Of a stretch of DNA of 64,000 nucleotides, positions 17,856-26,648 are shown piece after piece (the first letter of the stretch is position 1; every line of letters starts with the position of its first letter). Origin of the DNA: Candidatus Helarchaeota archaeon. GTDB taxonomy: Archaea; Asgardarchaeota; Lokiarchaeia; Helarchaeales; RDOG01. The position numbers were made by a program, and so were the translations under genes. The stretch spans positions 192,001 to 256,000 of the forward strand of contig JAHPZH010000002.1 in assembly GCA_019058315.1 (NCBI GenBank), read 5' to 3'. The notes under the pieces were generated by a model. It was not told the DNA's origin and did no database searches. It was given only the letters and a program-made list of their open reading frames with translations.

Positions 17856-19738
17856 ATGGTTAATAACTATAAAGGGGAAAAAAAATCAACGATTCGATAA
17901 TATTTAAAAGTAAAGTCGGCTCTGATCAGAAGAATAATTGGTGTATCTGTTGTTTCTCTCCATTAGGGCTATTTCTCTTTATTTTAGTTGTATTCCATCC
18001 TAAATCGAATTTAATATTTCAAGTAGTAGGAGGAATTGGCTCTTTATTTTTGTTTACAAGTCTTTTTTTAGTGGGCTTTCAATCCATTCGTACATTTTTG
18101 ATAATATATAATGATGGAATAAAAATTGCGACTCCATATAGGTCTTTAGGACACAAATTCATACCTTGGCATGCTATAAAAGAAATTGAATTGTATTATA
18201 GAGGGCGTATTGGTTCAAGATATGACTCTCGAACTTATTATGAAATTTACATTTTTATTAAAAATCAACCAAAATCCTTAAAAATTTCAGAACTTTGGGT
18301 AGAAAATATAGAAACAGCATATAATTTGATAAAGAAACATATTAAACCTTTGCAAAAAACTGAAAATTGTCAAAATCATCCTAAAATTAAGACTGTAGAA
18401 CAATGTCGTACTTGTGGTGCTTATTTTTGTGAAAAATGTATTGAAAAGAAAAGTATTGAGGGGTTTAAATTTTGTGAGTGTTCCTTATGTATATATAATG
18501 TAGGATTAAATAGAATAAAGAAATGTTATTTTTTCTCTCTAATTTGTCCATTGATTTTTTTAATTTCTATAATTTTAAAACTATTGATAAATCTTGAAAA
18601 CGATTTAACACTAAATCTATACATAATTTCTTTCATTCTATCACTTCCATTTGCATTTATTACAACTCCTCATGGATATGGATTTTATTTTGCTAATGTA
18701 AAAAGGAAGGAAATATTAGAACAGTTAAATATAAGATTTGATCAATATTCATTAAAAAAACTCAAGTTTTTTGTGATTTTAATTAATTTAATTAATCCAA
18801 TCTTTTATTTTTGCTTTTTTTACCTATTATATCCAAGTTCTCACATAATTTTAAGTAGTATTTTTATGTCAATCTATCTTATTTTAACAATAATTTTTAC
18901 AAAAATTTCCTATAATATTGAAAAACCGAAAAAAACAGAGGAATGGAGTACACCTTTAGAGAGACTTATTTGTTCCAATTGTGGAGAAATATTTACTTTG
19001 AAATCTGATTATTGTTCATGTTGTGGTTCTAAAATCGATATCACTCAACCAACACATAGAGAAAATAGAAAATTTAAAAGCTTTAAATGTTATAACATCA
19101 TAATAGAAAAAGAAACTCATAATGAACTTATTCTAGTCAAAGATAACCGAAATTCTGCAGAAAAATCATCAAAAACAGAGATGAAATGCATTATAGTTTT
19201 ATTAATTCCTGTTCTATTTATTATTTTATTTTCTTTTAGCTTAGAAGCACTCCAATTTTTAGTTCTTCTTATTTTTCCATTACCTATTCTTATATTTTTT
19301 CTTATTGTATATTTTTTTGAAAGAATTGAAATAAATAAAGTTCAGAAATTGACAATCGATAAAAAAAATCAAAAAATTACTTACTATAAAAATTCTCTGG
19401 ATCCAACAAAAAAAATCGAAATATATGATATTAATACACTAAAAGTAATTGAAATAAAAGATTATAGACAAATAATTAATGAGATTAGACTTATTTTTTC
19501 AATAAATGAACTGAAATTATTTGGAATCATGCGTAAAAATAATATTATTCCAATCTATAAAAAATTAAGTTCTTATTTAGAAATTCCTATAATAGGAACT
19601 GAAGGGAAAAAAGTAATAGACTTAAATGAAGAAAAACTTTATACAGATTCTATATGCTGTCTTTATTGCGGATTTAATAATCTAATTAATGATAAAATAC
19701 AATATTGTATGAAATGCGGTGAAAAAATTTATAAGTAG
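17856..19738 (+). CDS. Multi-domain membrane protein (TM/PH-like, B-box-like Zn finger, TM, zinc ribbons), frameshifted at an A8 run (17878..17885)
   Basis: The 18050 frame extends upstream (INDSIIFKSK...WCICCFSPLGL) to the A-run; ATG 17856 is one base out of frame; CQNHP..CRTCGAYFCEKC, CSNCG..CSCCG, CLYCG..CMKCG. Confidence 0.65.
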
Positions 19739-19786
19739 TCAATAAAATCTGCCAATTTGAATAGATATAATAAAAAAATAAGAGAT

Positions 19787-20833
19787 TCAAGTTTGGATTT
19801 TTACAACTAAATCTGGTTCTACTTCAACAACCCACCCAAAAATATCTTCTTCTTCTTGAAGTTGAATTTTTGTAAGCAAGTCATATAATTTTTGAGTTAC
19901 TGACCCTACTTTAAAATCATTAAATACATGATCTTTACCCTTGTATAACAAGGATCCTATTGGAGTAACGACTGCAGCAGTACCAGAACAGAAAACCTCA
20001 GAAGCTTTCAATACTTCGTCAATTGTAATGTCTCGTTCTTCAACTTTCATTTTTAATTTCTTTTTAGCTATATCAATTATTGAAGCTCTTGTATTTCCTG
20101 GTAATATTGATCCAGTAAGTCTTGGTGTCATTAAAACGTTATTAACTACACAGAAAAAGTTTGCAGTTCCAACTTCTTCAATATACTTACCATTTGCTGC
20201 ATCTAGATATAATTCCTGATTATACCCTTTTTCTTTAACTTTTTTTGCTGGAAGCATCGAACCTGCATAATTACAAATGGTTTTAATACCACCAGTTCCT
20301 TTGGGGGCAGCTCTATGAAATTCTGTTATTGCTAATTTAATCGGATTAAATCCTTCTTTATAATAAGGACCCACTGGAACCACAAAAATTATAAATGTAT
20401 AACTAGGGGCGGGAGCAACTCCTAAAATTGGACCAGTTCCCCATAATACAGGTCGAATATATAACGCTCCTTTTCCATATGGTGGAATATAATCTTCATT
20501 TATTTTTACTACTTTCTTGACATCATCTACGAATTTCTTTGGATCATAGGGTGGGATTAGTAAACGTTCACAACCCGCTTTGAGTCTTTTTCCATTATCT
20601 AAAGGTCTAAAAAGCACAAGTTTATTCGCTTTTGTCCTTAACGCTTTCATACCTTCGAAAATGCCTTGTCCATAGTTTAATACACATGCAGCTGGTGAAA
20701 TTTCAAAATTTCCAAATGGAACAACTTTACCTTCATCCCAACCAGTCTTTTCTTCCCACTTCGAAAGAAACATACCCTTAGTTGGCATGAAATCGAAACC
20801 GAGATTGTCCCAGTCTATATTTACATCTGTCAT
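19787..20833 (-). CDS. ilvE: Branched-chain amino acid aminotransferase
   Basis: LNYGQGIFEGMKA, LFRP, LYIRP, GGIKTICNY, ILPGNTR.S, EVFCSGTAAVVTPI. Confidence 0.95.
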   Translation of the reverse strand: MTDVNIDWDNLGFDFMPTKGMFLSKWEEKTGWDEGKVVPFGNFEISPAACVLNYGQGIFEGMKALRTKANKLVLFRPLDNGKRLKAGCERLLIPPYDPKKFVDDVKKVVKINEDYIPPYGKGALYIRPVLWGTGPILGVAPAPSYTFIIFVVPVGPYYKEGFNPIKLAITEFHRAAPKGTGGIKTICNYAGSMLPAKKVKEKGYNQELYLDAANGKYIEEVGTANFFCVVNNVLMTPRLTGSILPGNTRASIIDIAKKKLKMKVEERDITIDEVLKASEVFCSGTAAVVTPIGSLLYKGKDHVFNDFKVGSVTQKLYDLLTKIQLQEEEDIFGWVVEVEPDLVVKIQT

Positions 20834-21099
20834 TTCTCATCTCCTTCTAAAAATAAATTACAAAGTAGACTTTATTTGTTTGTTCAACTTATCTTCAATA
20901 ATTTAAAAATCTTTTGAGTATTTTACTAAATAAATTAGAATTTTTAGAGTATAAAATATCAAATTACGGAAAATGTACAGAATTTAAAAATATTAAATTT
21001 GTTATTTAAATTATTTATTAAATAAAAAGAAATCAATTAACAAATTAAGGCAAAAATTGAAATCAATTATTTAATATTTCAGGAAATTTCTTTAATTAA

Positions 21100-21238
21100 G
21101 GGCCTGTGGCATAGTATGGGCATATTCCTTTGACTAAAAGATATAGTATAGATAGTGCGCTGGCTTGCGGAGCCAGAAATCATGGGTTCAAAGTTAAAGA
21201 GAAACATTCTCCTTAACGAACATATCCCATCAGGCCCA
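21100..21238 (+). tRNA. tRNA-Arg(GCG) with two non-canonical introns: D-loop (21120..21151, 19/20) and T-loop (21192..21223, 58/59)
   Basis: GGGCCTG/CAGGCCC acceptor, CTGGC-TT-GCG-GA-GCCAG; removing the inserts restores AGTATGGATA and TTCAAAT; T-loop BHB with GTTC/GAAC helix. Confidence 0.88.
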
Positions 21239-21433
21239 TTTTTCTCTTTTTAATAATGTAATTTCGTTGTACACAATCTGAAGAACTTTAATTTCTCTCT
21301 AAATAATGCTCTTTATGAGCGCGGTTATACAAATGACGAATACAAATCCTAAAAAAGAATATTTATTTTTAGAAATATTTCTTAAAATGGAAGCAATTAT
21401 CCAAAATTTTTATACTTAAAATAACCTGAAATA

Positions 21434-21556
21434 GGGTCTGTGGCTTAGGTTGGATTACATTTCCAAAGAGAGCACCTGCCTCCGGAGCAGGAGTTCATGG
21501 GTTCAAAGTTATAGAATGGACGATTCTTTAACGGATATATCCCATCAGACCCGCCA
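21434..21556 (+). tRNA. tRNA-Arg(CCG) with two non-canonical introns: 13-nt D-loop (21456..21468, 20a/21) and T-loop (21507..21538, 58/59); CCA encoded
   Basis: GGGTCTG/CAGACCC acceptor, CCTGC-CT-CCG-GA-GCAGG; BHB helices TTGG/CCAA and GTTC/GGAT; splicing restores AGGTTGGATA and TTCAAAT. Confidence 0.9.
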
Positions 21557-21579
21557 ATTTCTTCTATTAATTGTTTAAA

Positions 21580-21894
21580 CTAAAGAACGAAGAAAAAGAT
21601 CGAAATTAATATTATAACTATTAATGCAGCTATCAAAATGTAAAAAGCTGGGCTTTTATATAACCCCCTCTTTTTCGGGCTTGGAGCAAATTTCTCATAA
21701 CATTTCTTTGAACAAAAAGCCATATATGAAATTGATTTGTTATCAGATTTGCGTACAATTTTATAGGTTTGACCTTTTTCTACCATTTGATCACAAACTA
21801 AACAGTGATAATGGGGATAAATAGAGACAGCTTCTGCTTGTTCTTGGCGTATCTTCCTTTTCCATTTTTGTAAGGGTTTCTTTGGCTCTGACAT
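21580..21894 (-). CDS. DUF2116-like Zn-ribbon protein with C-terminal membrane anchor
   Basis: PHYHCLVC ... FCSKKC, C-terminal hydrophobic helix. Confidence 0.75.
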   Translation of the reverse strand: MSEPKKPLQKWKRKIRQEQAEAVSIYPHYHCLVCDQMVEKGQTYKIVRKSDNKSISYMAFCSKKCYEKFAPSPKKRGLYKSPAFYILIAALIVIILISIFFFVL

Positions 21895-21963
21895 TAAAAT
21901 TTCACTTTGCGTAATATTATTTGGTATATAGAAAATTTTTGTTATAAATAATTCTTAAAAAAA

Positions 21964-22419
21964 TCAGACAAGGTTTAAAATCAGATTTTCAATAAAATCT
22001 CCAAATAACTTCTTACGTTTATTAAATTCCTTTTTATCTTCATTTACTTCTTTACATCGCTCTACAGAAATAATATAACCTCGTTTTTTCTTTCTTTTTG
22101 GATCATCTGGAATTAAAAATTTCACGTAAATCTTTTTCTTCTTATTTTTAAATACAACAATATCTTTAAACGGAATATAATCTACATGTCCTCCAAAATC
22201 TGAAAAATTTGACCTAACTCCCATTTTTTTAGCATGTAATATAATAGCTTTATTCGTAATGGCTAATTGTCCAAATGCACCTGAGTGGTAACTTGTTGAA
22301 AAGCCTTTTTTTCTTACTGTACATCTGCTGGTATAAAGAATATCATCTTCGGGTGGAATTAATGCCTGTAATCCTTCTTGTAAAAGATTTAAAGGGATAT
22401 GATAATTGGTTTCATCCAA
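21964..22419 (-). CDS. Hypothetical protein, PH/GRAM-like fold (paralog of 22454..22912)
   Basis: ILYTSRC, FGQLAITNKAII, YIPFKDI pattern shared with its neighbour. Confidence 0.7.
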   Translation of the reverse strand: MDETNYHIPLNLLQEGLQALIPPEDDILYTSRCTVRKKGFSTSYHSGAFGQLAITNKAIILHAKKMGVRSNFSDFGGHVDYIPFKDIVVFKNKKKKIYVKFLIPDDPKRKKKRGYIISVERCKEVNEDKKEFNKRKKLFGDFIENLILNLV

Positions 22420-22453
22420 AATATATACACTTCATTTGTTTAGTGAATAAATT

Positions 22454-22912
22454 TTAATAAACCCCAAAATAAAGATTCTCAACGAATGCTCCAAATAAGT
22501 CTTTTCTTTTTTTAAAATCCTCGGGGTCTTCTCCAATATATTTACATCTTTCCACCCAAATATCATAGCCAATCTCTTTTTTTCCAGATAAATCATCAGG
22601 ATCTGAAAACTTAATAGTAACCATATTTTTCTTACCTTTTATCTCAGTTATTTCTCTGATAGGAATATAATTAATATTCCCTTTCATTGCTCCTACCTTA
22701 GTACCCATTCCAATCTTTGTTGCTACAAAAATAATTGCTCTATTAGTGATAGCTAACTCACCAAATGTCTTTCCACCTTCTCTTCGAGATTTCTTTGCTA
22801 CTGCACATCTACTAGTGTAGAGAACTTTCTCTCCAGATGGAATTTTTACTCTTAATTTAGGATCTAAATTAGTTATTGGAATATATATTTTTGATTCATG
22901 CAGTTTTTTCAT
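22454..22912 (-). CDS. Hypothetical protein, PH/GRAM-like fold
   Basis: VLYTSRC, FGELAITNRAII, YIPIREI, VERCK...F.KRK.LFG.F.ENL shared with 21964..22419. Confidence 0.7.
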   Translation of the reverse strand: MKKLHESKIYIPITNLDPKLRVKIPSGEKVLYTSRCAVAKKSRREGGKTFGELAITNRAIIFVATKIGMGTKVGAMKGNINYIPIREITEIKGKKNMVTIKFSDPDDLSGKKEIGYDIWVERCKYIGEDPEDFKKRKDLFGAFVENLYFGVY

Positions 22913-23122
22913 CTCCCTAATTCATTTTTTTAAGATAAATTTGGAAATTTATTCCTTTAATCTGTTAAATATTTTAGATCAAAAAAAATATAAATCATAT
23001 CATCTGAAAAAATTAAAATTATCACTACTTCATCCTACTTATTCATTCCAGTTTAAGTCTAAAGCCTTTGGGTTGATTAAGATTTTAATTTTATTTGACA
23101 TTTTCTACTTAAATCGTCAAAT

Positions 23123-23608
23123 TTACATAACCGAATCACTTGTTTCAGGATCTTTATCTGTTTTATTCCTTTCATATATTTTAGATAGTATATCGAAGAA
23201 ATTTTCTTCTCTTTGTTTCCAGTGAGATTTATCCTCACCCTTATTTTGATTTATTGTTAGTTTCCATTTTTTTGTTATAGGATTGCCTTTTTTATCGACT
23301 TTTAAAATTCCTCCTTTTCGAACTTTTATCTCTACTAATACTTGACCCTTCTTTTTTAGGTTTAAATTAGCTACATCATACCATCTTATCCATTTACTCT
23401 TCCCAGATGACATATAACCATAAAAGCCAGATCCTCCTGTCCTTATTCTCCAAGCAAAACCGTTTTCACTTACTACTAATAAACCATATTCTTTATCAAG
23501 TTTGCACCTAGAAGTAATTATCGGATCATCTATTGGATATTCTGACATAATTTTCTCAAATTGTTTAAATCTGTCAGGAGATACGTCCCAACCTTCTATT
23601 ATTGGCAT
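23123..23608 (-). CDS. Hypothetical protein, more distant PH-like family member
   Basis: IITSRC, YGLLVVSENGFAW, WIRWYDV; GGAGGT SD. Confidence 0.7.
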   Translation of the reverse strand: MPIIEGWDVSPDRFKQFEKIMSEYPIDDPIITSRCKLDKEYGLLVVSENGFAWRIRTGGSGFYGYMSSGKSKWIRWYDVANLNLKKKGQVLVEIKVRKGGILKVDKKGNPITKKWKLTINQNKGEDKSHWKQREENFFDILSKIYERNKTDKDPETSDSVM

Positions 23609-23704
23609 ATAAAACTACCTCCAAATTTATTATATTTAAAATATAATCATTTTGATACATACTAGAAGTTGAATATTAATTTTATTTTATATCTATATTT
23701 TCTC

Positions 23705-24760
23705 CTAAATTTCTAAAAAACTCTTTATTTTTTGAAAAAAAATTAGACTTACTATCCTTTGCTGATGACCATGATTTGAGCATTTTATACAAAATAAAAA
23801 ATATTGAGATTTTTTAATTGTATCCTTCAATATTGCTGATTGACCACAAATTTCGCATTTGAGAATATTATTTGCAATAATTCTATATAATTTTGGAGAT
23901 ATTTCTTCTGGAGATATATGACTAGGGAAAATAATTTTCAAAAATATATCGTGTAATATGCACTTTACAATAAGAATTATTCTATTATTTCCTATATAAC
24001 GTTTCTCGAACAAAAATTTTTTAATTATATTAAATTCCCCATTTAATGGACATGCCAAGGTAATTCCATGTCTTTGCAGAATATTTAATTTTTTGAACTC
24101 TATATTATTTTGAATTTTACCACCACATTCAGCACAATAATCTGAATTATCCTCTTTTTCAATTCTAGCACCACAATAAAGGCAATAAAAGAAATGCGTA
24201 AAAAAATCTTTATTAGTAATTACATTCTTCGCTCCAAATTTCTTCTTCCCTATGAAATGAACACTTAGATATTTTAATAATTTATTGCAAATTATAATAG
24301 CTTGTTCTTTACTACATTGAGCAAAAATCTCTATTTTATTAGTCTTAAAACTAAGAAGTATTTTGTAGTAAGTTTCACCATACCATCTTACCTTAAAATT
24401 TATTAATTTAATAGCTACAAGAGTATTAATGGCATATTCTTTTACTTTATGAGGCTTTAAATAATTTTTATAGTATATTATTTTTTGATTTTCTTTATCA
24501 ATAATCAATTTCTTTACTTTATTCGTATTCCATAGAGTAGATAAAAATATTGTAAATGCGAAGAATAGTATTATTAAAAATAAATATTCCGGTGATTTAT
24601 AATATAACATAACAATTGTGGTAATTATACAAATTAATATACAAATTAAACTAATAATATAAGAAAAAATATAAGTTTTATTAGAAACCACCCTTGTATC
24701 CTTTGTTAGGGTTAAGCGATTATCTGATTCCTCTTCAATATCGATTTCTAATCTTCGCAT
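23705..24760 (-). CDS. Membrane protein with zinc ribbons; N-terminal half paralogous to the C-terminal half of 17856..19738
   Basis: Two TM helices, NKVKKLIIDKENQKIIYYKN, CLYCG..CAECG, CEICG..CSNH. Confidence 0.7.
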   Translation of the reverse strand: MRRLEIDIEEESDNRLTLTKDTRVVSNKTYIFSYIISLICILICIITTIVMLYYKSPEYLFLIILFFAFTIFLSTLWNTNKVKKLIIDKENQKIIYYKNYLKPHKVKEYAINTLVAIKLINFKVRWYGETYYKILLSFKTNKIEIFAQCSKEQAIIICNKLLKYLSVHFIGKKKFGAKNVITNKDFFTHFFYCLYCGARIEKEDNSDYCAECGGKIQNNIEFKKLNILQRHGITLACPLNGEFNIIKKFLFEKRYIGNNRIILIVKCILHDIFLKIIFPSHISPEEISPKLYRIIANNILKCEICGQSAILKDTIKKSQYFLFCIKCSNHGHQQRIVSLIFFQKIKSFLEI

Positions 24761-24870
24761 TTGTATTAAAAATCCATCAAATTATTTTAACTTTAAAAAA
24801 TAATAATCCCTATTAAATTCTCTCTGTAATTATTATTTGGATTTATTTTAAATAATCTATTATTAGTGAC

Positions 24871-25794
24871 TTAAAAAAATGATGTTAATTGTAATTTAGC
24901 CACATTACTATTGATTGCCATATTAAGCTCCTCCGCAATTGACCTGCACTTAATTTTAAAAAGATAAGCAATCGAAGTTGATAGTTGTTCTTCAGATAAT
25001 GATTCATAATATCCCATACCTTTAGCTATTATCAAATCTGCTGTATTGAAAATGTCAAGAAATTCTTCTGGAGTCTCAGAAAGGATTATTCCAACATGAT
25101 CAGTCCCAGTTGTTATAATTTTAACTTTAGAATTAGTATTTACAGATAATTCCAATAGACCTGCAGCTTTTGCATCCTCCATTGTAGCATCATTTAACAC
25201 AGGTTTTTCTTTAACAGCAACTATGACTTCTTTTCCTAAGTTGTATAATTCATTAATTAGAATATAATCAAGAACGATTTCACCAGCATTATCCGTTAAA
25301 TAAAGAACTTTATTTTCACTTTTAAGTAAATCATATAGATCTTGAATATCGTCTTTAGCCAAATTTTTTTCGGCATTTTCAAATGATTCTTCAAGAAGTT
25401 GTTCTAACGAATCCAAATCTATTTTTTGGTCTTCTATATGAAATTCGATGCTATTACCCACAATAGATGCTAAAAGAGCAAATCTAAATCGTTCATAAGG
25501 ATCCTTTATGGTATTCAATTTTTTTTGGAGAAATGGTAAAAATTTTAATGCAATCTTATTCGAAAGTCGTTTTTGTTCAGCGTATGGATCCTTACATCCT
25601 GAAAGTTGTTTGATTATTCGATCTCGATAGGTTCCAAGGTGAGCTGAGATGCAATTTTCAGTAAATTTCTCTTCAAACATCTTAATTAATTCATATACTA
25701 TTTTAAATTGTAAATTGATGTCTGAAGTAGCTAATTCAACTTCTTTTATACCTCTATTTAATAAACAAAATCCGCAATAAGGTTTAACTTTCAA
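24871..25794 (-). CDS. ARMT1/DUF89 damage-control phosphatase
   Basis: C..C N-terminus, DPY...K..SN, GNSIEF, LTDNAGEIVLD, NDAT, IIAKGMGYYESL. Confidence 0.9.
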   Translation of the reverse strand: MKVKPYCGFCLLNRGIKEVELATSDINLQFKIVYELIKMFEEKFTENCISAHLGTYRDRIIKQLSGCKDPYAEQKRLSNKIALKFLPFLQKKLNTIKDPYERFRFALLASIVGNSIEFHIEDQKIDLDSLEQLLEESFENAEKNLAKDDIQDLYDLLKSENKVLYLTDNAGEIVLDYILINELYNLGKEVIVAVKEKPVLNDATMEDAKAAGLLELSVNTNSKVKIITTGTDHVGIILSETPEEFLDIFNTADLIIAKGMGYYESLSEEQLSTSIAYLFKIKCRSIAEELNMAINSNVAKLQLTSFF

Positions 25795-25817
25795 ATATTA
25801 TCACAGAAATAGAGAGT

Positions 25818-26507
25818 TTATTTGAATCTTAATACTCCATCAACTAATTCATTAAGCTTTTTTTCTGGATCTGAAGCTTTAGTAAATGCTGATGCTACTA
25901 ATACTCCTTTAGTGCCCAATTTTAAAGCCGCATAAACATCCTCACCAGAGGAGATTCCCGCTCCGCATAAAGGAATGACATCAGGATTTGCTTCTAATAT
26001 TTTTTGAACGCTTGATTCAACTAATTTTGGTTCTGTTTTTGAAATAGAAATTCCTGAACCAATTAATTCAGGTAGTTCAAATGCAACATAATCTGGCTTA
26101 AATTTTGCGAGTTTTGCCGACTCTTCTGGACTCGGAGCGCAGACACAGATTTCTAATCCTAATTTTTTTCCAATTTCTATTGATTCTCTTACTACATCAT
26201 TTGCTAGTTGTCTTTCAGAATGGTTTAATAAAGTGCCAACTGCTCCTGCTTCTTTCACATTTTCAGGCAAAATATGTGCCGTATGGGACCCTGGAGAAAT
26301 AGCATCGATGTGTTGTGAGAATATGGGAACTTTTAACTCACGTTTTATACGATAAATATCAGCAAATTGAGGTGCGATGACTATATTAACTTTTGTCTTT
26401 TTCATAATCTTATCTGCAATTTTAGAAAGTTTTAAAGCATTTTCCCCAGATGCTTGAGAATATGTTTTATAATTCAAAATGATAATTGGTGTCTTCAAAT
26501 TTCCCAC
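25818..26507 (-). CDS. tpiA: Triosephosphate isomerase (archaeal type)
   Basis: LNYKTY, GSHTAH, LLNHSER, ELPELIGSG, LCGAGIS, GVLVASA. Confidence 0.96.
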   Translation of the reverse strand: MGNLKTPIIILNYKTYSQASGENALKLSKIADKIMKKTKVNIVIAPQFADIYRIKRELKVPIFSQHIDAISPGSHTAHILPENVKEAGAVGTLLNHSERQLANDVVRESIEIGKKLGLEICVCAPSPEESAKLAKFKPDYVAFELPELIGSGISISKTEPKLVESSVQKILEANPDVIPLCGAGISSGEDVYAALKLGTKGVLVASAFTKASDPEKKLNELVDGVLRFK

Positions 26508-26648
26508 AAACTATGTAATTTTTTAAAATAATATTTAATTTAAAATTCTATTCAAGGTGAATATAAAGAATTTTATAATTAAAGGTCTAATGTAAAATAT
26601 AAATAAATTCTTACATTCTCACGATTAAAAAGAAAAAGATGTGATAAT

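Noticed and set aside
18050-18052. TTG at 18050 as the true start
   Set aside because: It lies mid-TM helix and the frame stays open and protein-like upstream to the A8 run
17801-19786. Autonomous mobile element or provirus
   Set aside because: No integrase, transposase or viral gene between the repeats; reported only as an insertion scar
21255-21420. Possible structured RNA or 37-aa ORF between the tRNA-Arg genes (TTCGTTGT/ATGACGAA pairing)
   Set aside because: Only short helices, no recognisable motif set; cannot be supported without comparative data
22941-23225. 94-aa + strand ORF, and a 20-codon minus-strand stub (MSNKIKILINPKALDLNWNE*)
   Set aside because: AT-rich spacer overlapping a real gene; the stub is too short to call a fourth paralog remnant
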